Assembly (NCBI GenBank): GCA_030390025.1
Contig: CM059433.1
Location: forward strand, 6,510,001 to 6,572,000
Reading direction: 5' to 3'
Length of the DNA stretch: 62,000 nucleotides
DNA from: Squalus acanthias
Lineage: Eukaryota
The notes beneath the pieces were generated by a model. That model had not been told where the DNA came from and searched no databases. It saw only the letters and a list, made by a program, of their open reading frames with translations. A program made the translations under genes and the position numbers. This document shows positions 48,573-60,845 of this stretch, in pieces (the stretch's first letter is position 1; each line of letters opens with the position of its first letter).

Positions 48573-49362
48573 GGGCGCGATCTTGCCAGCCCTGGGGAGG
48601 CGGGTATAGAGGCGGGACTGCCGGGAAAATGGCAGAATTTGGGGGGGGGTGCCCAACCCGCCTCTGTGCCATCTTGCCAGGAGGCGGGTAGCCGACCCAC
48701 GCCGGGTCCCATCTCCTTGGAGGCGGGAAGGGGATTAGTGCCACTTAACTGCCTGTTAACAGGTAGTTAACAGGCAGATAAGAGGATTATCCCCATTTTG
48801 CCCACACAAGTGCGGGCTTCCCGAAGGCTCCGAACCCCGCCAGGGTCACCGAGGCGAGTAGTGGGTCTGCGGGGGTCGGAGGGGTGCAAAAGTGCGCTGT
48901 GAAGGTAAGTGATGGGCGCAAGTGTGGAGAGGTGAGTATCTGAGGTAAGTGGAAAGTGTTAGAAAAAGTGTACTTACCTTTGTTTCTTCCTGCAGGCTTC
49001 AATCGGTGGGGATGTGGAGAGTCTCGCACCTCCGCGGCAGAGATGACAGGTGGCCATTGCATTCTCCAATGCAGCAACCATCTAATTTCTGCAAAAGAAA
49101 GAGGTTTGATGAGGTCTTGAATTCAAGAACTCATCAAACTACAGAGAATGTCAGTGTTTGACAGCTTCACAGAGCTGTCAAACGATGACAATTCTCTGTA
49201 ACCAGCTTTCCCTTAATTGGCCTGCTAAGCCCGCTGGGCGGGCTTAACAAGGTCAATCAAGGGAAAATAGCGTGGGTTGGTCAGAAGTTGATGGAGGCGG
49301 GACTGAAACCCCACAAGTGGGAGTCCCGCCTCCAAAAGCTCCCCATTGGCAAAATCCAGCCC
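48573..49362 (-). mobile_element. Harbinger MITE family A, copy 5
   Basis: GGGCGCGATCTTGCCA...TGGCAAAATCCAGCCC; flanks tat/taa. Confidence 0.9.
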
Positions 49363-50269
49363 TAAATCTCTCTCCCAATTCTACCACCATTTTGTATATA
49401 AAAAATGTATATCTGTTTGTGTGTGTGTGTTCGTATCTATAAGACCTTAATAAATATTAGTTGATTTTGAAAGTAAAACCATATATAGTTTAAAGTTTTA
49501 ATTATTTTTAAATTCCTGCATTACTGTTCTGTAGTAATCATCAAAGCATAAAGTGCCAAAATTCCTCCTTTTGCTAATTTTATTGAAATGGTAACGTGAG
49601 TAAAAAGTAGTATTCATGTCTACTTCATGCCATAATTAGTATCATTCCTCAGTTGAACTAGACTTACAAAATAGTTCTGCAACTTAGTATAGTCTACCTA
49701 AATTTATTGGTTTAATGGAAATTTTATGCCAGTGCAGTTAACCAAAGCAAAGCAGAACCAGCATAGTTACCAATTCTCTCAATCGGGCTTTATAGTCTCT
49801 TAAAGGGACTGCTGACACAAATACCCAAAATAGTCACATTTCTCAAGAAGAGAGCTGACGTATTGCCTGGCTAACTATTTTATACAATGAAGCTTTCTAC
49901 TACAAGTGGCAGGGGAAAGTGCAAACTAACCAAAATTACATTCTACCCGAATGTCTCGATTTGGTTGCGATTTCATTAAGCAAGGTTTTATTTATTTGAA
50001 AAACAGAACCTGAATGCAAGGAGGTGTTTGGGTCTGTGGGGAAAATTAGGACACGGTGTATTATTTTTACAGTCTTTATATACACACAAACACCTTTTAT
50101 CTACCCAGCAACTGCCGCAGCCCAGTGTCAACAATCCAGAGGTCACAGATTCCAATACCACAGTTTCCAGGTGCTGCTTTTATCTTGTCCTTTCAATCTG
50201 GATTAAGGGGGCCCACCATCCATTAACCTGCTCCCAGGGTTCATGATGTTTAATCTATTTCTGCAGCCA

Positions 50270-50475
50270 ACAACAGGCTCATAGGTACAGGGAATCACTG
50301 CCCCCACGCTCTCCCCATAACCCTGTATTTTCCTGTGCTTCAAATCTTTATCCAATTTTCCCTTAAAAGATGTAATAATCTCAGCCTCAACCACACCCTG
50401 TGGCAAAGCATTTTTGCTCTAAACAAGCCTCTGCATTAAGGAATTTCTCCGAACCTTCTCCTCACCCCCTTAGTG
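50270..50475 (-). mobile_element. Old CR1 3' end
   Basis: PQGVVEAEIITSFKGKLDKDL...IQGYG. Confidence 0.75.
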
Positions 50476-50575
50476 GGAGGCAGGCATTAAAGTCATGAGA
50501 TTCAAATTTGCTCAGGGATCTGGAATGACAGATGAGATGAGATGCCTCCCCAGAGCACAGATTTAGATCTACCGA

Positions 50576-50700
50576 TTTTTAAAAATTCGCTTATGGGATC
50601 TGGGCGTCGCTGGCAAGGCCAGCATTTATTGCCCATCCCTAGTTGCCCCTTGAGAAGGTGGTGGTGAGCCGCCTTCTTGAACCGCTGCAGTCCATGTGGT
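50576..50700 (-). mobile_element. Zenon-like LINE 3' tail
   Basis: Matches 35540-35615 plus 35834-35875. Confidence 0.8.
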
Positions 50701-51744
50701 AAACTGCAAACATGATCAAGTGGGCAATTGCCTTGCAAATTCTGATAATGAGCCTGCCCCAAGCACGGCACTCCCAATCATCTCAGATTGGGAGTGTATT
50801 GCACCCCTTACATTAACACTGGGGCATCAGTCACTCCTCTTGCTGTCCCTAAATCACTGCCGATGTAAGACAGCTGTGAACGATCGATTTAACATCTGAC
50901 CCACCAAGATGAGAAAAGAATGGATGACATTGTTCAAGAAGAAAATAAGGATGAGTGAAGAGATGCCATACAGACTTAATTCTGGAGCGGGTTGGCGATA
51001 GGCACCTTGAATTTCCGTGGAGATTCTCCGATCTCCTGTCGTAATGCTTAGAGGTGGCAGCAATCTCTGAGCAAAAGGCATAAATGGCCATTCATAGCCA
51101 TTCATGTTGTTTCTTCAGGGTTCCACCAATTTTCCGCTGAAGTTATGGTGAGAGAGCGGGAGAAACCCTGGGGAAATTCTCCTCCAGAGAGGTCTGTTTG
51201 TCACAAGGTCTAAAAACAACTTTGATCGGTGCAGCCTGGTACTTTTTAGTTCCTACTCTTGTGCAAAAATAACAGAGACAGCATAAATGGAGTAGAGGAG
51301 GGAAACGTTCTCTTTAATCATTTGCTCTAAAAAATCTAGAGATAAACCAGAGCACTTGAATATTCATAAAACAGCAGGATCAGATGGAATGTATCCAAGA
51401 ATACTTTTTTAAAATGTGGGCAGAAATAGAAGTTGTTGTGGCTTTTTTTTATATAGCTCATTAAATACAAGAGTGGGAAGATTAGAAAATGGCTAATGTT
51501 CCAATATTTTTGAAAGGTCAGAAGCGTGATTCTGGAAAACAGAAACCTATTAGCTTGACATCTAGACATGTAAAAGATGAGTAGATTTTACAAATTAGCC
51601 CTTCTGACTTAGCGTGAGAGGAGCACTTACTGGGAATGCGAGCAAGGAGGTCAGCAGCATCTACACAATTTTCCATCCATTAGTTGTGTGGGTTTCAGTG
51701 ATCTCTGTGCCTGAATTCACAATTCTGTGCTTCTGCAACACTAA

Positions 51745-51916
51745 TCTCCACCTCTCTCTCCTCCTTCAAGATGTTGCTCAAAAACCAAGCTTTTGGTCAT
51801 CTGCTCTAGTATCTCTTTATGTGGCACGAAGTCAAATTTTGTTTGATAACGCTCCTATGAAGCGCCTTGGGATATTTTACTATGTTAAAGGCGCTATAGA
51901 AATACAAGTTGTTGTA
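51745..51916 (+). mobile_element. L2 3' tail
   Basis: gaagcgccttgggat...aaaggcgctatagaaatacaagttgttg. Confidence 0.8.
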
Positions 51917-52101
51917 TCTTAAATGTTTTGCAAAAGGAATTAACATGATTTTTCATGGTTTGTTGCAAAGTACATGTTGTATTACAAATTACACAATGCA
52001 GGTGTCTACAATCATGTGGATGAAGCGCTGTAATACATTAGTTAGTCAGGGCAAGTAATGAACAAGTAATAAGATGCAGAGCTGGAAAAGTGACAAGAGA
52101 C

Positions 52102-52300
52102 ATGGGATGGGATGGAATGGGATGGGATGGGATGGAATGGGATGGAATGGGATGGGATGGATGGGATGGAATGGGATGGGATGGGATGGAATGGGATGGG
52201 ATGGAATGGGATGGAATGGGATGGGATGGGATGGGATGGAATGGGGGGGATGGAATGGGATGGGATGGGATGGAATGGGATGGGATGGGATGGGATGGGG
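52102..52300 (+). repeat. (GGGAT/GGAAT)n pentamer satellite
   Basis: About 40 mixed pentamers, seen directly. Confidence 0.95.
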
Positions 52301-52744
52301 GGGAAGGGGGTGGTTTCTGTGCACCAGCCTCCCACTAACCCTAAGCCGCAAGCCAGTGTGGGCCTAAGGCAGATAGGCTACAGAGACTGGTTAGAGTGCC
52401 AAGAAAGTGCATTGATTAAACTTGTGTATTCCTGCGAGTGTGCTAACCACATAAACGTTGTGTGCTAATAGTGCCTCAAACTCCTTTCTTATCCACGTTT
52501 ACCTTTTCAGAAAAAAACGAATCCACGGTCCCGAAAATCCATAGCATTAGCACCGGGGTCCACCCAGTGACCTCCAGCTCTGACCCCGCCAAAATATGGG
52601 GGAGTTAGAGGGAGGTCACCTAATTTAAATGTTCCGAGCAGGTGCCCATGATGCCAGGGAGCATCTTGGGTGCCTGCCTGTCCAAGGCAGCCGGAAACTC
52701 TGGTGTGGAGTGCCTAATTTGAAGGAGGGACCTCTCTGGAAAGA

Positions 52745-52984
52745 TGTTGCCTAGGCCCTAAGCTCTGGAATTCCCTGCCTGAACCTCTCCACCTCGCTAC
52801 CTCTCTTTCCTCCTTTAAGACGCTCCTTAAAACCTACCTCTTTGACCAAGCTTTTGGTCACCTGCCCTAATTTCTCCTTATGTGGATCGGTGTCAAATTT
52901 ATTTGTCTTTTAATACTCCCATGAAGTGCCTTGGGACGTTTTACTATGTTAAAGGCGCTATATAAATACAAGTTGTTGTTGTTG
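52745..52984 (+). mobile_element. L2 3' end
   Basis: Nearly identical to 42650-42717 plus 47089-47260. Confidence 0.9.
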
Positions 52985-53749
52985 ATGTCTGCCATGCCTC
53001 AAAGGCCACCTTTATTAGGGGGCAGAAAAGTAACCTAAAATTTTTGACGAGTCCAAACCACAGCACTGGCCTGGAGCCCCTGGGCAGGAGCTCTTCCCCA
53101 AACGAGTCCTTGCGGAAACTGGCAGAGAGGGTTGGAACCCAGTGTATCCGCTTGCGGCTGAAGTGCGCCAGAAGGGCTGTAGGTTTTCAGTCCACATGTA
53201 AAAAAAAAATGGCGCATAAACTTCTTATTGGATTGATGAGAATTCATGAGAAAATTGTAATGCTTTTCATAAACTTTAAAGGGTGTACAGAATCGGCGAC
53301 AAAAGAATCATATTGTGTTATGAATTACATCATTGTTTGTCTGTTTACAACTAGCAAAATGATATCCCCAGGACAACAGTACCCCTTTAATATGCAAGGA
53401 CACCAGGTGCTGCAGCAGTGATTGTAAATTCTTGAGAAAAATGCTGTCTTATAATTATCGCAGTAGGGGAGTTGAGGATAATTTAAATATGTGCATAACA
53501 GTATGACAATTGCTGTGATTATTCTAGCAGTTAGTGAATAATGAGGTTTGCGAGTGTCGTATTTAAATAATTAATCAACATTTACAATAGGGAGCAGCCG
53601 GCAAGCTGTAAAATATACCAGCAGTGATTTTCTGATTTGCACATTAAAGAATAATGGTTCTCAAGACACTAATTCAAGACATAAACAAAAGCAGCAGGCA
53701 GCATCCAATTTGTTGTGATTTGACCCTCAACCCCCCCAAGGATGTGCAA

Positions 53750-53839
53750 TAAAACTGGAAACACTCAGCAGGTCAGGCAGCAGCTATGAAGAGATGAAGG
53801 CAGGGTTGACATTTCAGGTCGATGACCTTTTGTCAGAAC
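53750..53839 (-). mobile_element. Penelope-like terminal-repeat relic, family 2, with decayed hammerhead
   Basis: Minus strand GTT-CTGACAA-a-AGGTC-atc-GACCT-GAAA-TGT-C-AAC. Confidence 0.6.
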
Positions 53840-53842
53840 CCC

Positions 53843-54285
53843 TGACTCAGTGGGTAGCACTCTCCCCTCTGACTCAGAAGGTTGTGGGTTCAAGCCCCAC
53901 TCCAGAGACTTGAGCACAAAATCTAGGCTGACACTCCCAGTGCAGTGCTGAGGGAGTGCTGCACTGTCTTTCGGATAAGACGTTAAACTGAGGTCCCGTC
54001 TGCTCTCTCAGCTGGACATAAAAGATCCCATGGCACTTTTTCAAAGAACAGGGGAGTTCTCCTCAGTGTCCTGGTTAATATTTATTCTTCAACCAACATC
54101 ACTAAAACAGATTAACTAGTCATTATCACATTGTTGTTTGTGGGACCTTGCTGTGTGCAAATTGGCTGCCGCGTTTCCCACATTACAACAGTGACTACAC
54201 TTCAAAAGGAATTCATAGGCTGTAAAGTGCTTTGGGATGTCCTGAGGTCGTGAAAGGCGCTATATAAATGCAAGTTTTTCTTTCT
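53843..54285 (+). mobile_element. tRNA-derived Deu-domain SINE, full length
   Basis: A box TGACTCAGTGG, B box GGTTCAAGCCC, Deu core and tail. Confidence 0.9.
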
Positions 54286-55889
54286 TAAATTTGCATAGAT
54301 AGCAGTAGCCCACCAGTAGCTTATCTATTGTAAGATCTTCAAATATGTAGCAGTGCCCTATTTGACTGCAGCAATCTCAGTACCCCCAAATGTTCACTTC
54401 AGTTGGTGTTGCTAGATAGCCATAAGCGGTTTTTTTTCTCATTGAACCAGACAAATTGTTTTGCTCCTTCTACTACTCTGGCTTGGATCAGCCAAGTCAT
54501 CAGCAAACCGAAACTTTCCTAGTCTGTATGACTCAGTAAGGTCGGAGCGGAACTGCTGATCAAAGTATCTATATGAAGATTAAATAGTGTTATCTTCAGA
54601 AATAGCTTGCTTAACCTAGTAGAGCAAAAGAGAGGACCTATAATTCATCACATGACAAGTCTCCACTCTTAACTGAGTTGAAAGCCACAGGCACATTGGG
54701 AACTTACTTGTTCACACCCACATTGCCGCTTGTCTTTTGACCTACAATGTGTGTGTGTGTTTGGCCACAATCTGTGGTTGAATTTCGGATTGCTGACTTG
54801 CTTATATCTCTCCCTCTGAGTGTTTCCCTTTACTCCTCACCTGAAAACAGCAACACATGCTGGAGATGGTTCCACTACTGGTGGCAGCCCACTAGTACCT
54901 TGTTCAAGTGTCTATTCTTCGTGTATTAACCAAGATGCTGAATGTCACTAGACTATTCTAACATGAAGGCCTTACAACAAAGCCTCAGCCTGTCCTCATC
55001 TGGGATCATCCCTCAACCAACACCACCAAACAGATGAACTGCTCATTTATCTCATTTCCTGTTTGTGGGGCCTTGCTGCGAGCAGTTTTGGCTGCTGCAT
55101 CTGTCGGCACATTGGGCTGGCAGTGGGCACCAGCGAGAGGCTTGAACCATCTTCACGGTCAAGCCTCTTCACAATAATATCGGCAAGCTGCCATGCGATG
55201 ATTGAGTGTCGAGAGGCAGCTAGTCGAGTGGGGTATGCGGGGAAACTAGCAGCTCCTACACAGGGCCGAGTCAGAAGGTTGGGGGGGGGGGGGAGTTCGG
55301 GGAGGGGGGGCGTGACAATCCATGGGGAGGTAAGGAGGGACAGGCAGCAAATGGGAAGATATTTGTGGGGCCAGGAGGAGTATTCATAGGACCCCTATTT
55401 GCATATTTAAGGAGGCTCCCGCCTGTCTACCGGTCCCCTCCAAAATACAGTGGGTCAGATGTCAACGGAATGGGGTGGCCAGTGCTGTACTGAGATTTTT
55501 GGCTCACTACCATGCCAATCCTCCCCAAAAATGGGGATAAAAATTGCCCATTGGCTCTTAAATGTATTGGGACATTCTGAGGATGTGACAGGCACTACAT
55601 AAATGCAAGTCCTTTCCTGCTTCTTCTTCTATCGAGAAGAAATGTGTAATTCCAGCAAGCCGTGGTTTACTGGTGACTCCACTGCCCCTCCAACTGAAAT
55701 CAGCTAACGCAGCACTGTCAAGAAGTTAAACCTAAGAGGTTCTTGATCTGTACAGCTTAGTGTCGCACCATGTTGCATTTATGCACTGAGCCATCAGGAT
55801 GTGAAGCAATACAAATTTCACCAGTAAAATATGAAAGGGGAGGACTGGTGCTCAATTTTCTATTGGTCTACAGGACAAATCTGGGGAAT

Positions 55890-56546
55890 GCATTTAAACT
55901 CCATCCTTATCTATCCAGCCGCAGCCAGAGAATCATTTGCAATGGCTTCTCTTCCCGGTCCTGCACCGTTACCTCTGGTGTCCCCCAAGGATCTATCCTT
56001 GGCCCCCCTCCTAGTTCCCATCTACATGCTGCCCCTCAGCGACATCATCTGGAAACACAATGTCAGGTTCCACATGTACGCTGACGACACCCAGCTCTAC
56101 CTCACCACCACCTGTGGATGCTCAGTCGTCGAGGATATTCAAGACAGAGATCAATAGATTTTTTTGATACTAAGGGACTCGAGGGATATGGGGATAGTGC
56201 GGGAAGGTGGAGTTGAGGTAGAAGATCAGCCATGATCTTATTGGAATACGGAGCAGGCTTGAAGGGCCAAATGGCCCACTCCTGCTCCTATTTCTTATGT
56301 TCTATGTTCTCTTGACCCTTCCACTGTCTCTGATTTGTCAGACTGCTTGTCCGACATCCAGTACTGGATGAACAGAAATTTCCTCCAACTAAATATTGGG
56401 AAGACTGAAGCCATTGTCTTCGGTCCCCGCCACAAACTCCGTTCCCTAGCCACTGACTCCATCCCTCTCCCTGGCAACAGTCTGAGGCTGAACCAGACTG
56501 TTCGCAACCTTGGTGTCATATTTTGTTGCAAGTTGTTGTTGTTGTT
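55890..56546 (+). mobile_element. L2 RT fragment split by a CR1 3' end (about 56114-56308)
   Basis: GVPQGSILGP, YADDTQLYLTTT, then LSDIQYWMNRNFLQLNIGKTEAIVFG. Confidence 0.9.
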
Positions 56547-58840
56547 ATATGCACAGGAGACAGGCTGAATAGTGCCAAACCCAGATATTTGGGAGATAAG
56601 TGGAGCATCTGTCTGCCTATCAACCCAGATACAAATTGTTGCAGCGTAGAGGCACGTTGAGAAAATAAACAGGAAAACACTCCCTTTCGCCCACTAGGGA
56701 ATATCCTTTAGCATGTGTTGCGCACAGTAAGAAAATTGGATTTCTGCCCTTATTGCTTATGCCAGCAACCTAAGTTCCTATTGATATACCTGTCACTGTA
56801 TAATAGGATATTAGAGCCTTTGATGAGATTAATATTTGATTTTATATAATACAGCAATCATGAAAGTCAGCAATATATATCTCCAGACCTGGGGTTCCAG
56901 TACTTGCAGTAGCAGAAACCACTCTGTTTACAATGTGCAGAAAAAGCTTTGTTCTTGGCTCGATTATAATGTATGCAGGCAGTTACACTGCAAGTATGTA
57001 ATGTACCTGTAATGTATCATTTGCACACAAACTGTCCCTCTCCAAATGTAAACGTTGGTTGAAACACTTTCCAGAATTTGAAATTAAGCTGCGTTACTTC
57101 CGTAGCTGTCTGAGAGTGCCACACCCAGTAATACATTCGGCAATAAAAGGGGGATTCCAGCAATGCAGTTAAGCAGACTTGAGTAGAATGTGATGAAGAT
57201 TAAATTCCCATAAACTAATTACTAAGAGTGTGCATACCTAATCAGGAAGTAAACAAAACAGCACGAGACCAGGCAATGGTTAATAGGAAACATTTGAAAT
57301 CTTTTAAATAATTCCGAGCTAATAGCAAACACGCTTTTCACAGGCTTCTTGTTACAACAACATTCAGGTTTTTTTCAATGCACTAGGTAGACCAATTATG
57401 CTTTCTGGCTTCTTTTGCATTGTCTTTAAGTGCTGAACAATTTAGTTACCATGCCAGTGCTCTTTAACATGCCAGTCCTGGAGACAGCTATTTTTTTCTT
57501 AAATTCCATGTTCTATTGTCATTACAGTAAATCCAAATATCAAAGTGTATTCTGATCAGATCTGACAGCAGGAACTCCCAGCAGTAAGGAATACTATTAT
57601 TTACACTACTCGGATTCAAGCTACAGCCTTCAGATGGCCAATAGTTTTACAAACACGTCAGTATTCATTTTGACTATTTCAACTCTGACTAGATAACATT
57701 TTTTTACAACAGGTACTAAGTCACTTCACTGTTTAGCACTTCTTGCATTTAAAACAACCGAACCCACTCGAGCTACAGAAGCTCTCTCTCTACTTCTTGG
57801 TGCCTGATTAGAAAGAACCACATTCACATTTCCATATCGGTCTCATTCTGGGCACCTTCGATGCCTTTGCGCCGCGTTTCAACATTAACAGAGCACAGAT
57901 CAAAGGTCAATTATTTGAATTTGAGAGGGGAAAAAAATAACTTCAAATACCGATCAGTCTGGAGCTCTGTGCTGTGGTGTCTCAGGCAGTCCTTACGTGT
58001 GAATGCACAGTGCTGACTATTCTGATCACTAAATGTTTGTATTCCAAATGAACAGTAGGCGCCTCTTTCTCTCAGCTCACTCAGCACGCTGCTTAAGCGA
58101 GGCTTGGTGGGTGAAGGTTTTATTATCATTGTACTATGGTATCAGTTACAGGCTGGAAGCCACAACATGGACTACAATGTCAATTTACCCCCCGGGTTTG
58201 TCCGGCTACTGCCAGACAGGTAGCTGACCATTGGTGTGCTGAATTACCACAGGATCACTTGCTGCCCAATACTTTCAAAACAGGTGTATATTTAATGGTT
58301 GTATCGACAGGCGCAGGAACCTGCTGCGGTCGCAGTGTAGGAGGAGGACTGTGGGCTTTGCCTCGGACTTCATGTTTGAATTCGGCGCTGATGATTCAAA
58401 ATCTGAATATTTCATGGGAAAACTAAAATCAGAGCCCGACACCCACCACCACCACAGTGAGCTGTGGTGATCAGACAATGTCTAGACACGCCAATTGCAC
58501 ACCGGACACGTTAACACCAGGATACACTTCTCCCCCCCACCCCCTCTCCTCCCAACCAGATACATGACCAAGACTGAGCTAGTCACTTGCTACCCATTAC
58601 TGTGATATACATAATGAGCTACACTAAACATCAGGGACTGGAGTGCATTATCACCACCGGCAATGGAATTTTAATTTCATTTATTAAGTTTCCTTTAATG
58701 TTTTAAGTTCCAGTTTATTTGTTTACTGCATCACCAAAAGAGTACACTTAAAAAATAAAGGGTCGGCCGTCCTAACCCTGTAAGTGCTGCAAAGTGAAGG
58801 AAAAAAAATTGGGGAAAAAAACCCGAAAGGAATTTGAACT

Positions 58841-58930
58841 AACAACAGAAAACGCTGGAAAAACTCAGCAGGCCAGGCAGCATCCGTGGAGAGAGAAACA
58901 GAGTCAACGTTTCAGGTCGAAGACCTTTGC
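58841..58930 (-). mobile_element. Penelope-like terminal-repeat relic, family 2
   Basis: Homologous to 53750-53830; retains AGGTC-ttc-GACCT-GAAACGTT. Confidence 0.6.
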
Positions 58931-59505
58931 TTCGATGTAGCTCTAATGCTATTATGTCCTTGATCACATTAGCAATGTGCAGCAAAAAGTCATAACAATT
59001 TTGATTTTACAGTTTACCTCAGCTATTTGAAGGAAGTGCTGATTTAAACGTCTGCTTCCTTTCGCTTAATATTAGAACGATAGAGTTCAAACTGCCCCCA
59101 CCAGAACTCACTCATTTTCTAAACACTAAAAAAATAGCAAATTATAACTTTCAGAAGCTTGAGATTAACTCGCCAATGATTTAAAAACATTCTGCTTTCT
59201 TGCCTTATTCCCAGGACCTGACGGCAAGCTAAGCCCACAGACATTAAGAACAAATGTCACTACTGGAGGATTCCTTTAGAACCAAAACAAGACTGGTCAA
59301 GAAAGTGAGAGGAATTCACTGAAAAATAAAGATGTTTGGATTTATTTATTCAGTAAAAATAAGTGCACTCTATTTTTTTAGCCTTGCAATTTCAGGATAT
59401 TCTTAGCATTTATTTCCATCTCTGAAATGTAAATATGAATCAGATGACTAGGCAATTTTTCAAACTAGTGGGTATTAGATTTTCAGCAAGGGATAAGAAA
59501 AAGAT

Positions 59506-59704
59506 ACGGAGATGCCAGTGTTGGACTGGGGTGGACAAAAGTGAGAAGTCGCACAACACCAGGTTATAGTCCAACAGTTTTATTTGAAATCACAAGCTTT
59601 CGGAGCGCTGCTCCTTCGTCAGGTGAAGGAGCAGCGCTCCGAAAGCTTGTGATTTCAAATAAAACTGTTGGACTATAACCTGGTGTTGTGCGACTTCTCA
59701 CTTT
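59506..59704 (-). mobile_element. Penelope-like palindromic terminal-repeat insertion
   Basis: Perfect 81-bp arms 59537-59617 and 59625-59705, 7-nt loop, 12-bp TSD TAAGAAAAAGAT. Confidence 0.88.
59590..59626 (-). ncRNA. Minimal type I hammerhead ribozyme motif
   Basis: TCAC-CTGACGA-A-GGAGC-agc-GCTCC-GAAA-GCT-T-GTGA on the minus strand. Confidence 0.75.
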
Positions 59705-59782
59705 TAAGAAAAAGATGGCAGAGCCAGTCCTGTCTCATACAAATGGCCTTTCAATTTCCAACCGTAGAGCAGTGTTAATAAA

Positions 59783-60116
59783 TCACTGCAGCAACTCGCC
59801 AAGGCTTCTTCGGCAGCACCTCCCAAACCCGTGACCTCTTCCACCTAGATGGACAAGGGCAGCAGACGCGTGGGAACACCACCACCTCCAAGTTCCCCTC
59901 CAAGTCACACACCATCCTGACTTAGAAGTATATCGGCCGATCCTTCATCGTCGCTGGGTCAAAATCCTGGAACTCCCTCCCTAACAGCACTGTGGGAGCA
60001 CCTTCACCACACGGACTGCAGCGGTTCAAGAAGGCAGCTCACCACCACCTTCTCAAGGGGCAATTAGGGATGGGCAATAAATGCTGGCCTTGCCAGTGAC
60101 GCCCACATCCCATAAA
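59783..60116 (+). mobile_element. Zenon-like LINE 3' end
   Basis: Reverse complement of 40190-40520. Confidence 0.85.
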
Positions 60117-60845
60117 CACTTTTTTTTTAAATCTGGTTATGCTGGGTTGCTACCTTGTGCACACCTCTCCACTACACCTATATTCCTCATACTTTTACCA
60201 CACACTTTCCTTTTAAATTTCAGTTTAGTGTTAATCTCACTATTTTTCCACAGAACTCTATTCTTTGATGTACTTCCTTTTTGCTTCTTTTTTTTATTTT
60301 CCAGGGTACCGTAGAGTACTGGGCCCATACTGCAAGTTTTGTTTTCTTAAATGACCTACCACATAACATAAATAACATGATGAAACCTCCTAGTACAGAT
60401 ACCCATGGACCAAGCTTATTGTGTGGTGTTTTCAAAGGCTGTGTGACATACATCTGGCTATTTGAACAGCATTGAATAAAACATTAAGGGGGAAAAATTA
60501 GGTCGCGCCCCGTTTGGGGCGCAAATATCGTCTGGACGCAAATATTAGCGCCTGGCGCTAATTATCGCCACTGACTGGAAACTTCACTTTTACCGCCCCG
60601 GGAGGTGAGTGGAGCGCTAAATCAGGCGCTGCACACCTGTCTTAAGGCGCAAAGGCCGAGCAGTGAGGCGCTAACTCAGCGCGCGAGCGCAGCGCAGGTG
60701 CTGCCAGTTAGCGAGGGAACACAGACACACTGGCGCCGGCCAGTTCTTAAAGCGGGGGGGCCAACTTGCTCCCCAGCCACACCCTGCTCATTGCAGCCTT
60801 GAATCTCGGCCTGGAGAGACCTGTGAATCCATTTTGCTGCCAAGG

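Noticed and set aside
51010..51178. Degenerate inverted repeat AATTTCC...GGAAATT
   Set aside because: Probably an old MITE, but ends and TSD cannot be defined
52042..52468. GWDGM and PIPSH repeat ORFs
   Set aside because: Translations of the pentamer satellite
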